Of a DNA stretch of 64,000 nucleotides, positions 21,352-31,448 are shown piece by piece (position 1 is the first letter of the stretch; each line of letters starts with the position of its first letter). Made by a program: the position numbers and the translations under genes. The notes below the pieces were generated by a model that did not search any database, had not been told where the DNA came from, and saw only the letters and a list, made by a program, of their open reading frames with translations. Source of the stretch: Bacillota bacterium (GTDB taxonomy: Bacteria > Bacillota > SHA-98 > Ch115); the NCBI GenBank assembly GCA_013178415.1, contig JABLXA010000001.1, positions 33,445 to 97,444 of the forward strand, given 5' to 3'.

Positions 21352-22375
21352 TGACGTCATACTGGAGCTTAAGGGCTTGAAGGTCTATTTCCCTGTTACA
21401 AGGGGCATTTTTAAAAGGGTTATGGGTTACATAAAGGCGGTGGACGGGGTAAACCTGGTCATACACCGGGGGGAGACATTGGGGCTTGTAGGGGAAAGTG
21501 GGTGCGGTAAGTCCACGCTCGGCCGGTCCATCCTGAGACTGGTAGAACCGCTGGATAGCGAGATACTATACTCGACGGAAGCCCCGATAGGTTGTGAAAG
21601 GCTGGTAGATATTCTGAAGCTTGACGCCAGGGAGCTTAAGGGGATCAGGAGGGAGATCTCTATTATATTCCAGGATCCCTACTCCTCCCTAAACCCCAGG
21701 ATGACCGTGGCCGACATCATAGGTGAGCCGCTCAAGATTCACGGGGTGAGGAAATCGGAAAGGCGGGAGAGGATAGCCGAACTCCTCGAGACCGTTGGGT
21801 TGCGGGCGGTTCATATGAACCGCTACCCCCACGAATTCAGCGGAGGACAGAGGCAGAGGATAAGCATCGCAAGGGCCCTCGCCCTGAACCCCAGGTTCGT
21901 GATAGCAGATGAACCCGTATCAGCGCTTGATGTATCCATCCAGGCGCAGATACTGAATCTCCTTGAGGACCTGCAGGTGAAGTTTGGGCTTACTTATCTC
22001 TTTATCTCTCACAACCTAGCGGTTGTGGAGCACATAAGCGACAGGATAGCCGTGATGTACCTGGGTAAGATAGTGGAGTTAACCGTCCCCGAGAGCCTGT
22101 ATAAGAACCCGCTTCACCCTTATACAGAAGCGCTGCTTTCCGCCATTCCAATACCCGAGCCGGACTATAAGAGGGAGAGGATTCTCCTTGCGGGGAACGT
22201 CCCTTCCCCTCTAAACCCTCCTTCGGGTTGTAATTTCCATACCCGGTGCATGTATAGCAGGGAGGTATGCGCCAGGGAAGAGCCGGAATTCAAGGAGCTT
22301 GAGGCTGGCCACTGGGTCGCCTGCCACAGGGCAGCCGAGCTTGAGCTCAAGGGGATTCTCTTGCATAGGGGGTGA
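21341..22375 (+). CDS. ABC transporter ATP-binding protein, OppF/DppF-like. The start is at the internal ATG ([13 protein letters not shown]) after GGAGGGG; the six-frame ORF opens at 21185.
   Basis: Walker [10 protein letters not shown], signature FSGGQRQR, Walker [13 protein letters not shown]. Confidence 0.85.
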   Translation: MRGNDVILELKGLKVYFPVTRGIFKRVMGYIKAVDGVNLVIHRGETLGLVGESGCGKSTLGRSILRLVEPLDSEILYSTEAPIGCERLVDILKLDARELKGIRREISIIFQDPYSSLNPRMTVADIIGEPLKIHGVRKSERRERIAELLETVGLRAVHMNRYPHEFSGGQRQRISIARALALNPRFVIADEPVSALDVSIQAQILNLLEDLQVKFGLTYLFISHNLAVVEHISDRIAVMYLGKIVELTVPESLYKNPLHPYTEALLSAIPIPEPDYKRERILLAGNVPSPLNPPSGCNFHTRCMYSREVCAREEPEFKELEAGHWVACHRAAELELKGILLHRG

Positions 22376-22467
22376 GATCCAAGAAAGGGATCTGAACCCT
22401 GTTCCCATAAAGTAAATTAGGATCCGAATTCACACCTCATGTTAGGTTAAAAGGAGGGAACTAGAAA

Positions 22468-24405
22468 ATGAGAGTATTTATCAGACCGGTTCTAACGATC
22501 GTATTAGTGCTTATTGTAACCATCTCGCTTGGAGTCGGCGTGGCCGCCGCTGCCACTTATAGGCAGGCGCCCATGTTTGATGAATTGGTTAAGGCAGGAA
22601 AACTCCCATCAGTGGAGAAGCGCCTCCCCGTTCCTTCAGACATATACGTCGTGAAGCCGGTGGAGGAGATCGGCCAGTATGGCGGCACCTGGAGGATGGT
22701 GGATACGGGGCCGGGAATGGGCCAGTGGTTGATGGCCAACGCCGTGGAACCGCTGATCCGCTGGAGGCCGGACCTCAAGGGTTACCAGGCAGGTTTGGCC
22801 AAGTCCTGGGAATATAGCGACGATGGTAAGACCTGCACCATCCACCTCCGCAAGGGAGTCAAATGGTCCGACGGCCAGCCGTTTACAGCGGATGATATAA
22901 TGTTCTGGTGGGAGGACCTTATACTGAACAAGGATTATCCCGAGGACCCCCCGAGGTGGGCCTGGAAGGGCGGGAAGCTGATGACGGTTGAGAAGGTGGA
23001 TGACTATACTGTCCGGTTCAAATTCGCCCAACCGTACTACACCTTCCATGCCGCCCTGGCTCAGGGTTATTGGGAAAACGTAGGCTACCTTGCCCCAAAG
23101 CACTATCTGAAGCAGTTCCACCCCAAATACAATTCCAAGGTTAAAGATTACCAGAAGCTTCGGGAGATAAGGACCAACCCCCACCTGAATCCTGCCTACC
23201 CCTGCCTTTATCCCTGGAGGACCGTTTCCTGGGACGCAGCAAAGGGGATACTGGTAGCCGAGCGGAACCCTTATTACTGGAAGGTGGATACGAAGGGGAA
23301 CCAGCTTCCTTACATCGATAAGGTCACGGTGACCATAGTCCAGGACCCCAAGTTGATACCCCTGAAGGCTATATCCGGGGAGCTTGATTGCCAGGTGAGG
23401 GGATTCGAATTCAGGGATATCTCCCTCTTAACTCAAAACCAGACTAAGGGCGATTACAGGGTCATCCGGTGGGAGTATGGGGATGGCGGAGCCCCCATGA
23501 TCTTTATAAACTGGGATGTTACGGACAAGAACCTCAGGCCCGTATTCCGCAACCAGAAGTTCCGGATCGCCCTGTCGCTGGCCATCAACCGCAAGCGCAT
23601 AAACCAGATCGTTTTCCAGGGATTTGGTAACATCCAGAACGCCACCATGTCCAAGTACCTAATACACTACAACCACCCCGACGGCCCAAAGCTCCATCAG
23701 GAGTGGATGAAAGCGTATGCGGATTATGACCCGGAGAGGGCGAAGAAGCTTCTGGACGAGGCAGGCCTTAAAGATGTAAATAACGACGGCTACCGGGAGC
23801 TTCCCAACGGTGAGCCCCTGCACCTGCTATTCGATGTGGGCGCTACAGACCTCCAGTCCATAGACGCCTGTCAGCTTATAGCTGAGGACTGGAAGGCCGT
23901 CGGCATCAAGGCATCTGTGAACGCAGTATCGGGAGAACTCTGGGCCTCCCGGAGCATGACGGGTAAATTCCATCTCCAGGTGTTCGGCTACGGCTCTGAG
24001 GTGGACCTCACCACATACCCTGATAATGTATTCCCCGTCGGTAACACCAGATTCCACCCGCTTACAGGACTCTGGCAGCAGACGGGAGGTAAAGAGGGCG
24101 AGGAGCCGACCGGGGTCATGAGGAAGCTCCTGGATCTTTACGAAAAGGCAATAGGGACCAAGGATGAGATCGAACGGAACGGCCTGGTGTTGGAAGCCAT
24201 AAAGATCCACATCGAGGAAGGGCCGTTCATATACGCCCCTGTCGCAGACCTCCCTGCGCCGATAGTCGTGAAAAATAACTTCAGGAACGTCCCGGGCATC
24301 GGGGTTGCGCCTAACGGGATAGAATACAGGCCGATACTGGGTCCCTGGGCTCCCGGGTTCCCCGGAACGGCCGAGCCTTCCCAGTTCTTCATCAAGAAGT
24401 CCTAG
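22468..24405 (+). CDS. ABC transporter substrate-binding protein, family 5, paralog 2.
   Basis: 645 aa with a signal peptide. Shares long identical blocks with paralog 1 (KAGKLPxVEKRLPV, DIYVVKPVEE, GGTWRMVDT). Confidence 0.85.
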   Translation: MRVFIRPVLTIVLVLIVTISLGVGVAAAATYRQAPMFDELVKAGKLPSVEKRLPVPSDIYVVKPVEEIGQYGGTWRMVDTGPGMGQWLMANAVEPLIRWRPDLKGYQAGLAKSWEYSDDGKTCTIHLRKGVKWSDGQPFTADDIMFWWEDLILNKDYPEDPPRWAWKGGKLMTVEKVDDYTVRFKFAQPYYTFHAALAQGYWENVGYLAPKHYLKQFHPKYNSKVKDYQKLREIRTNPHLNPAYPCLYPWRTVSWDAAKGILVAERNPYYWKVDTKGNQLPYIDKVTVTIVQDPKLIPLKAISGELDCQVRGFEFRDISLLTQNQTKGDYRVIRWEYGDGGAPMIFINWDVTDKNLRPVFRNQKFRIALSLAINRKRINQIVFQGFGNIQNATMSKYLIHYNHPDGPKLHQEWMKAYADYDPERAKKLLDEAGLKDVNNDGYRELPNGEPLHLLFDVGATDLQSIDACQLIAEDWKAVGIKASVNAVSGELWASRSMTGKFHLQVFGYGSEVDLTTYPDNVFPVGNTRFHPLTGLWQQTGGKEGEEPTGVMRKLLDLYEKAIGTKDEIERNGLVLEAIKIHIEEGPFIYAPVADLPAPIVVKNNFRNVPGIGVAPNGIEYRPILGPWAPGFPGTAEPSQFFIKKS

Positions 24406-24419
24406 ACGGGACCGAAATC

Positions 24420-24455
24420 GGGGAGGGGGAGAAGGTTCCCCCACCCCGGGATTTT
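24420..24455 (+). terminator. Putative intrinsic terminator after the second binding-protein gene.
   Basis: GGGGAGGGGG - 8-nt loop - CCCCCACCCC (one central mismatch), followed by GGGATTTTAT. Confidence 0.4.
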
Positions 24456-24595
24456 ATAGAACGGGCATTGAGGTGCTTAAGAAGCGGATTGGCCGGCCAT
24501 TTTATCACGAACCCCGCGCGACGGCCCGTTTCTGGTGATAGGCCTGACAGGGGGATGGCGAATATTATCTTAGTATCCTGCAGGGAGGTGATGGT

Positions 24596-25660
24596 GTGGG
24601 GATGACATCGCAGGAGCGTTTTATGCGGATGTTCCAGCACCGGGAAGCGGATAGGGTTCCAATAATAGACTCCCCCTGGAGGTCCACCATTGAACGCTGG
24701 CACAGAGAGGGAATGCCAGAGGGGATGAGTTTTGTAGACTACTTCGACCTCGATAGGGTTGCGCATATCCATGTCGACAACAGTCCCCGCTATGAGGTTA
24801 CCATCCTGGAGGAAACGGAGGGATATGTAATATCCACCACGGCCTGGGGCGCTACGCTGAAACAATGGAGGCATGCGGACTCAACCCCAGAATTCCTGGA
24901 CTTCAAGGTCACAAGCATGGATAGATGGCTCGAGGCTAAGGAGCGGATGACGCCGACCCCGGACAGGATCCCCTGGGATTACCTCAGGGAGAACTACCCG
25001 AGATGGCGCAAGGAAGGGTACTGGATCCAGGCGCAGCTGTGGTTCGGCTTTGATGTAACCCACTCGTGGACGGTCGGGACCGAGCGGCTCCTTATAGCCC
25101 TGATCGAGAATCCGGAATGGTGCGTGGATATGTTCAATCATTTCCTCGATGTGGACCTGGCGCTCCTGGATATGGTCTGGAACGCAGGATATGAGTTCGA
25201 CTGTATATCGTGGCCCGATGACATGGGCTATAAGAATAACCAGTTTTTCTCGGTAAAGCTCTACCGGGAACTCCTGAAGCCCATTCATAAGAGAGCCGCG
25301 GACTGGGCCCATGCCAGAGGGGTGAAGGTACACCTGCATTCCTGTGGGGACATCAGGCCTTTTATCCCCGAACTTATTGAGATCGGCATAGACGCCCTGA
25401 ACCCGCTCGAGGTAAAGGCGGGGATGGATCCTATCGAGATCAAGAGAAAATACGGAAATGACCTGGTGTTACACGGTGGTATCAATGCCGTGCTCTGGGA
25501 TAAACCCGAAGCCATTGAGGCGGAGATGAGGAATGTCATACCCGTTGTCAAGGAATCCGGGGGGTATATCTTCTCCTCGGACCATTCCGTGCCTTCCACC
25601 GTGAGCCTCGAAGACTTCAGGCGCATCGTAGAGCTGGCAAAGGAGCTGGGAAAGTATTGA
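24596..25660 (+). CDS. Uroporphyrinogen decarboxylase (URO-D) family protein, MtaA/CmuA-like.
   Basis: 354 aa with the URO-D fold pattern (DSPW...DDMGYKNNQFFS...HSCG...GGY). Confidence 0.7.
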   Translation: MGMTSQERFMRMFQHREADRVPIIDSPWRSTIERWHREGMPEGMSFVDYFDLDRVAHIHVDNSPRYEVTILEETEGYVISTTAWGATLKQWRHADSTPEFLDFKVTSMDRWLEAKERMTPTPDRIPWDYLRENYPRWRKEGYWIQAQLWFGFDVTHSWTVGTERLLIALIENPEWCVDMFNHFLDVDLALLDMVWNAGYEFDCISWPDDMGYKNNQFFSVKLYRELLKPIHKRAADWAHARGVKVHLHSCGDIRPFIPELIEIGIDALNPLEVKAGMDPIEIKRKYGNDLVLHGGINAVLWDKPEAIEAEMRNVIPVVKESGGYIFSSDHSVPSTVSLEDFRRIVELAKELGKY

Positions 25661-25792
25661 GACCGGAGGTGGGGTTCACTGTCTCCGGCTGGGGACCCTT
25701 ACCGGAGAGCCAATCCCCCTTGTGAGCCTTGGGAAATTGGCTTTGCGTCATCGCCGATCTTTCCCATCCTTGTCCGTGTGGCTCTTCAGGTT

Positions 25793-26347
25793 TCAAGGGC
25801 CCACGTTTTGCTCTAGAGCGCACAGGTATACCGATGAGGATGCGCCTAAGGCTTTAAACATCTTAGCGGGAAACAGCGGAGATTCGGCCAGCGCTCGGGT
25901 GCCGTTGAGCATTATTATCACAATGATTGGATCAAACGAATCGAGAATCATACGCGCTGTGGGCCGCATCGAGGTCCTCTTGCCCGGGATCGGAAGCACC
26001 ACGTGCGCCAAACCCTCCAGATGCTCAGGCTTCTTCACATATATCGGGCCAACGAACTCCGGCTCCTTTATTGCCTTGAACTGAAGCTCAATAGATATCT
26101 GCTCCTTATACTCCCGGAGTACCCTCTCTGCCGGGAACTCGTTTGTGTCCTGTATATTGGTTACCAGAACAAAACACGAGGCCCTCAGCTTTGCCTGCGC
26201 ATATGCTTCTTCATTCAGAGCACCTATTTGTGCTTTCACTCTGTAGACCGTCTTCGTCGGAGGGGCTTCGCCTTTTCTGGCGTTCCCGGCCTCTAACGCT
26301 TCAGAATGATCTCCCCGGGCGAACGTTTGCGCTGCTTCGGGTCCCAC
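25793..26347 (-). pseudogene. C-terminal fragment of an IS4/IS1634-superfamily DDE transposase (IS remnant).
   Basis: Carries REYKEQISIELQFKAIKEPEFVGPIYVKKPEHLEGLAHV, the conserved YxxRxxIExxF(K)xxK tail of IS4-superfamily transposases. Only about 180 aa; the N-terminus and catalytic core are absent. Confidence 0.5.
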
Positions 26348-26636
26348 GCCGCCAGGCTGTCAATGTTCTTCGGAATCCCCAACTCTCTTACGATACACGC
26401 AACCAAAGCACTCGCGCCTGCCCGAGAAGCCCTCGACAGTACTCTCGCCTCCCATTGCGACTATACATCAATCACAGTGGAAATACAAGTCAATTATCGC
26501 CATTTATCGACCACATAGACATGTCATAATCTCTGTCATCCTGCCTCTAAGAGCAGGAAGGATCGGATTTATCAAACTTATGAAGGAAATCTATAAACTT
26601 TATAGAATTATAGAATTGACGCACGAATGTTATATA

Positions 26637-26652
26637 TTGCACAAATGTGCAA
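26637..26652. promoter_or_regulatory. 16-bp palindrome TTGCACAAATGTGCAA (candidate operator) next to a tandem TATAGAAT-TATAGAAT and a TTGACG box, about 270 nt upstream of the sugar binding-protein gene.
   Basis: Perfect 7-bp half-sites seen in the sequence. It lies in the promoter region of the second ABC locus. Confidence 0.3.
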
Positions 26653-26922
26653 CGACTATTGGCTGTAGGTATAGTCTAGCGTTACCACGTGTAGGTCCAG
26701 AAAGGTGAGAAATATCATTATTGTCTAATCATAAAACGTAACAGGAACTTGAAGGAGGTGGCCATTGGAACAAGACAATCGTGGGATAAATTGAATGCAA
26801 CCAAAAGGAAATCCACGCATGAACGGGTGGAAGTAAACCAGGAGGAGAAGAACGACAGAGTTAAAGTGCAGAAAGGAGTTATGGCTTTCCGAACAACTTC
26901 TACGATGTAAGGAGGAGATTTT

Positions 26923-28461
26923 ATGTCCAAAAGGGGCCTTGCAAAACTGGGTTATCTGTTGTTGCTGGCTATCTTCGTGCTCGGTTCGGTCCTGTCAGTT
27001 CAGGCGAAAGAATGGAAGGGCAAGATTCAGATTAGCATATCTATGGGTGCGTCAAAACCGGTATGGGAAGCTGTAGTGAAGGCCTATATGGCCAAGAACC
27101 CGGGTGTTACAGTCATACTAGACGATAAAGAAGGAGGCAGCGCTTATACTGATTGGCTCAGCAATCAGCTGGCCGGCGGACATATCACAGCTGACATTGT
27201 GATTAATAATACGGTCGCCCAGTACTACGCTGAAGGTAAATTCGTGGATTTTGGAGAGTATCTGATACAAAAGAACCCTTACGCCGGTAACAAGCGGTGG
27301 ATGGACACGATGAATCCTGCCGCCTACCGCTCAAATGGGCCCAACGAGGAAATATTCAACCTGAATGTCGATTCCGTCCAGATCCTATGGTTTTACAATA
27401 AGGACATATTTAAAAAGATTGGTGTGGAGCCGCCAAAAGACTTTGATGAGCTAGTGGGGATATCCAAGAAGATTAAGGCCGCGGGGTATATACCTATAGC
27501 CCTTGCCGGAGATGCGCAAAGCTTTTGGGAGATGACCGTGGGCTGGTTGTTCAGAATATACCACGATCAATTCTGGCGAGACCACGAGCCCCTCGTAGCC
27601 GTTCGGAAGGGCGATTGGAACTACGACCCGGAAAGGGATGGTACCTGGAAGTTTGATCCCAGCAAGATCGATAACGACCTCCCCACCAAGATCAAGTTTA
27701 ACCCCATCAGGGTAGCCAAGCTTCTTAAGGAAGGCAAGATCGGCCCTGATTCCGATAAGTACCGGGCGATGTACAGGAATTTCGCTAGGTTGATTCCGGA
27801 GTATGTGCAGCCAGGGTTCTTTGGCACCAGTGTATCGCAGGCCATGCAGTACTTCATTCGTGGCGAAGCTGCCATGTGGGTCGACGGCGGATGGTTTGGC
27901 GCGGCTTTCGATAGATACATGAAAGATGCGCCCAGGAAGTTCGAACTCGGTTACTTCTGGAGCCCGCCCATGACCGATAAGGAGGTAGCTGTAAAGTACA
28001 CCCGCAGCCTGGGTGGCCCGAACGGGTTTATCGGGGTGATAAACAAGTCCAAGGAACAGAATGATTTGAACATGGATTTCATGATGTTCTTCAGTTCGCC
28101 TGAGGGGCAGTCGATCCGGTATCAGGCGATGATGGAGAACAACCAATCGCCAGCTGGGCCGTCGCTTGTCTACAACGTCAAAATGCCGGGCAAATGGGCC
28201 AGCATATTCAGCGGTATGGGATATCGAGGAGAATGTGACCTCAATCCCCTGGGTGCTTTCAACCGCGGGTTTAATGATGAGCAGGAGAGCGTCAGAGCTT
28301 GGGTAGATTACGCCCAGAGGTACTTCAAGGGTGAACTGACCGTTGAGAAGTTCTCGAAGATAATGCAGCAGGTTATGGTAGATGCCATACCTCGCTGGTT
28401 AAAGACCCGGGGTTACCGCCCCGACGCTCTGGACGACCCTAGCAGAGACCCAACGATGTAA
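26923..28461 (+). CDS. ABC transporter extracellular solute-binding protein, family 1 (sugar).
   Basis: Signal peptide MSKRGLAKLGYLLLLAIFVLGSVLSVQA; 512 aa with the SBP_bac_1 pattern. Confidence 0.8.
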   Translation: MSKRGLAKLGYLLLLAIFVLGSVLSVQAKEWKGKIQISISMGASKPVWEAVVKAYMAKNPGVTVILDDKEGGSAYTDWLSNQLAGGHITADIVINNTVAQYYAEGKFVDFGEYLIQKNPYAGNKRWMDTMNPAAYRSNGPNEEIFNLNVDSVQILWFYNKDIFKKIGVEPPKDFDELVGISKKIKAAGYIPIALAGDAQSFWEMTVGWLFRIYHDQFWRDHEPLVAVRKGDWNYDPERDGTWKFDPSKIDNDLPTKIKFNPIRVAKLLKEGKIGPDSDKYRAMYRNFARLIPEYVQPGFFGTSVSQAMQYFIRGEAAMWVDGGWFGAAFDRYMKDAPRKFELGYFWSPPMTDKEVAVKYTRSLGGPNGFIGVINKSKEQNDLNMDFMMFFSSPEGQSIRYQAMMENNQSPAGPSLVYNVKMPGKWASIFSGMGYRGECDLNPLGAFNRGFNDEQESVRAWVDYAQRYFKGELTVEKFSKIMQQVMVDAIPRWLKTRGYRPDALDDPSRDPTM

Positions 28462-28477
28462 TAATCGCAGCGACAGT

Positions 28478-30523
28478 GTGGTTAGCAGGTTAGCAGGGCG
28501 CCTCTTGACGGGGCCCCTGCTCTTTGTGGAAAGGGGGATGGAGATGCAATTGTTGCCGCGTCGCGCCTTGACTAAAAGGGAGCGCTTTGTGTCCTTTGCA
28601 GTCATTCTTGTTTTGATGTTTGCCGCCTTCTCTTATACCATAAGTCTAAGGAATGCGCTAGATGGATTGAAGCCTAAACGTGTTGTTGTTCCAGATGCGG
28701 TTACGACGATAGATTTTTCGCAGGACGGAGCATTGACATACCTGGGGCTCAGGGATAAGGGCGTTTTGGCTCTGGACGAGAATGATAGTGTGGCCTGGCA
28801 ATTCCCTATCAAGGGCAGAGTGCTCGACCTAAAGGCAGAGGGTGACCACATCTACGTGGGTGTGGATGATCGCAAGCTTTACATCCTTGACAGGCAAGGG
28901 CAGCTGGTCAACTCCATCAGGGCTTCATACAGACCTATATCCGTGGCGGGGAATGCCACCGCTAGGAGAGTTATAGTCAGTAGCTCCCTGTCGGCAATGA
29001 AAAACCGCCTGGAGCTTTTCGATTTCAATGGAGAGAAGTTGTTCAGCATAAACCTTTATGATACCGTTTTTGACGTATTTATGCTTCCGGGGGGAGAAGA
29101 GGCCATCTATGTAACCAGGGGAGCAGAGGTACATCGCATAAATGCGGCCGGTGAGAAGATAGCCAGCAACGGCCTGGAGTATTATCCTGTGGATTCGGCT
29201 TATAGCCCCTCTGAAAACATGCTGGTGGTTTCGGATGAGGGTAATAACGTGTATGCATTCACAGACGATATGGAGCTTCTCTGGAAGAAGAAACTTGACA
29301 GTAAGATCAACGCGGTGGACATTGATGGCCAGCATCGGCGGATTGTCGTTGCATCAGACGCCGGTTACCTCATTACACTCGGGCTGGACGGTAGTCTGGA
29401 CACTCAACTAAACTCCGCCGCCGGCATCAGGATGGTACGGGTTAACCAGGCTGCTGGCACACTGTATACTCTCAAAGACGACAGCGATCTGAGGCGATAC
29501 AGAGTCGAGGCGCTGACCGACTTCTCGCGTATGCAATATCTTATGGGGCGCATACGAGTCATCGACATCATTCTACTGGTTCTGATGGTGGTGACGGCAA
29601 TGAACCTCTCACCCAGGATCAGTAGTGCCGTATGGGGGAAGCTGGCCCGAGGTTTAAGGGTGCTGCGGAGAGCAAGGTTATCCTATATGCTCTTGCTGCC
29701 TACCATATTTCTTTTGCTCGCATTCAACTACTATCCTGCCGTATCCGGCCTGTTCATCGCCTTTACGGATTACAAGCCGGGAATATACATGCGGTGGGTA
29801 GGTTTGACCAATTTCATCAACATGCTCCATAACGAGTACTTCTGGGTAGGCGTGTGGAACATGGTGATTTTCCTGATCACCGACCTTATTAAAGTTCTGG
29901 TACCATCCATTTTATTCGCAGAGCTAATCCTGGCCATGCGGTCCAAAGCTGCCCAGTACTGGACCAGGGTGGCTCTGTACCTACCGGGTATCCTGCCCGG
30001 GATTGCCGGGTTGCTTATCTGGACAGACGGTATCCTGGGCATGAACGGAATCATCAACCAGTTTCTGCGGGCTGTAGGTCTGGGCAATCTAGCCACGCCC
30101 TGGCTGGGCAATTCAAAGACCGCCCTCGGTGCTTTAATATTTATTGGGTTTCCCTGGGTGGGGGCGTACATCATCTTTTACGGGGCCTTGATCAGCATCC
30201 CCAACAGCCTGTTTGAAGCCGCGAAGATAGATGGATGCAGCTGGTGGAAGAGGATCCTGACAATAGACGTTCCCCTGATCAGCCCACAGATTAAGTTCGT
30301 ATTTGTAACCAGCTTTATTGCTTCAGTCCAGAACTTCGGCCGGGTATATGTGACCACCATGGGTGGCCCGGGACACAGCACCTACATCCCCATACTAGAG
30401 CTCTTCTACAACATGTCCAAATTCACCAATTACGGTGAGGCAGCCGCCATGGGCCTGTTCCTCTTCATCGTTGTGTTCGGAGCAACGTTGATGAATTTGA
30501 GAATGAAGACTGTCAGCCAGTAG
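28478..30523 (+). CDS. Fusion protein, 681 aa: N-terminal TM anchor + ~330-aa beta-propeller-like extracytoplasmic domain + C-terminal MalF/UgpA-type ABC sugar permease.
   Basis: The C-terminal 300 aa are a BPD_transp_1 permease (EAA loop ...SLFEAAKIDGCSWWKRILTIDVPL). The N-terminal part has one TM (FVSFAVILVLMFAAF) followed by about 7 repeats of ~40 aa of the blade type (DHIYVGVDDRKLYILDRQGQLV, NMLVVSDEGNNVYAFTDD...). It is one continuous ORF. Confidence 0.7.
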   Translation: MVSRLAGRLLTGPLLFVERGMEMQLLPRRALTKRERFVSFAVILVLMFAAFSYTISLRNALDGLKPKRVVVPDAVTTIDFSQDGALTYLGLRDKGVLALDENDSVAWQFPIKGRVLDLKAEGDHIYVGVDDRKLYILDRQGQLVNSIRASYRPISVAGNATARRVIVSSSLSAMKNRLELFDFNGEKLFSINLYDTVFDVFMLPGGEEAIYVTRGAEVHRINAAGEKIASNGLEYYPVDSAYSPSENMLVVSDEGNNVYAFTDDMELLWKKKLDSKINAVDIDGQHRRIVVASDAGYLITLGLDGSLDTQLNSAAGIRMVRVNQAAGTLYTLKDDSDLRRYRVEALTDFSRMQYLMGRIRVIDIILLVLMVVTAMNLSPRISSAVWGKLARGLRVLRRARLSYMLLLPTIFLLLAFNYYPAVSGLFIAFTDYKPGIYMRWVGLTNFINMLHNEYFWVGVWNMVIFLITDLIKVLVPSILFAELILAMRSKAAQYWTRVALYLPGILPGIAGLLIWTDGILGMNGIINQFLRAVGLGNLATPWLGNSKTALGALIFIGFPWVGAYIIFYGALISIPNSLFEAAKIDGCSWWKRILTIDVPLISPQIKFVFVTSFIASVQNFGRVYVTTMGGPGHSTYIPILELFYNMSKFTNYGEAAAMGLFLFIVVFGATLMNLRMKTVSQ

Positions 30524-30545
30524 AAATTGAACAGGGGGGTCGCAA

Positions 30546-31424
30546 ATGCCTGATAAGGGTCTAGCGGTGTCGCGAGGATTAAACAAGGGAAAAGGTATAG
30601 ATGGTCCGGTGGCGCAGACTGCAGTCGCGGTTATCATGCTGGTCACGGTGTTTATCAATTTCCTGCCAATCATAATCACTATTCTGAGCTCGTTGAAAAC
30701 TAACTATGAAGCCCAGTTGGGCGTTTGGGTGTGGCCACGCACTCCCGTCTGGAGCAACTGGTTCTATGGGTTGAAGGGTATCACCAGGAACATGCTCAAT
30801 AGCATTTTCATATGCCTCGTATCCACTGGGGGAGTCGTTCTTCTCGGTTCCATTTCTGCCTATGTGTTTGTCCGGCACAATTTTCCCGGCAAGGAGGTCA
30901 TCTTTGCCGCCATTATCGCTTTGATGGTCGTCCCGGCGGTTTTGACTCTGACCCCGTCGTATCTCTTAATGATCAGACTGGGCATAAAGAATACCTGGTG
31001 GGCGTTGATTTTACCCTACATTGCCGGCGGTCAGGTCGGCGCTATATTTCTATTTCGCACTTTCCTCTCCCAGCAGCCGGAGGAGCTGTTTGAAGCTGCC
31101 AGGATCGACGGCGCCGGCGAGTTTACCATATACTGGAGAATTGCCATCCCGCTGGCGATCCCGGTGCTGTCAATACAGGCTCTGGGTTCTTTTGCAGCTT
31201 ATTATAACGACTATTTGTGGCCCATGCTGGTGATCGACGAGTCCAGTCTCCAAACGCTTATGCCGATTCTCCGGGCTCTAACCGCCCAGATTGCGGGTGT
31301 ATACGACGAGCAGGGGATCAGACACGCAATGTTTCTGCTGAGCGGCATCCCGCTGATCTTTACCACCGCCTTTGGTTTAAAGTACTTCATCAGTGGTGAG
31401 TTTGCATCTGGGTTGAAACTTTAG
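30546..31424 (+). CDS. ABC sugar permease, MalG/UgpE-like.
   Basis: 6 TM and an EAA loop (LFEAARIDGAGEFTIYWRIAIPL). Confidence 0.85.
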   Translation: MPDKGLAVSRGLNKGKGIDGPVAQTAVAVIMLVTVFINFLPIIITILSSLKTNYEAQLGVWVWPRTPVWSNWFYGLKGITRNMLNSIFICLVSTGGVVLLGSISAYVFVRHNFPGKEVIFAAIIALMVVPAVLTLTPSYLLMIRLGIKNTWWALILPYIAGGQVGAIFLFRTFLSQQPEELFEAARIDGAGEFTIYWRIAIPLAIPVLSIQALGSFAAYYNDYLWPMLVIDESSLQTLMPILRALTAQIAGVYDEQGIRHAMFLLSGIPLIFTTAFGLKYFISGEFASGLKL

Positions 31425-31448
31425 TCCCCGGAGGGACGGTGAAATACA

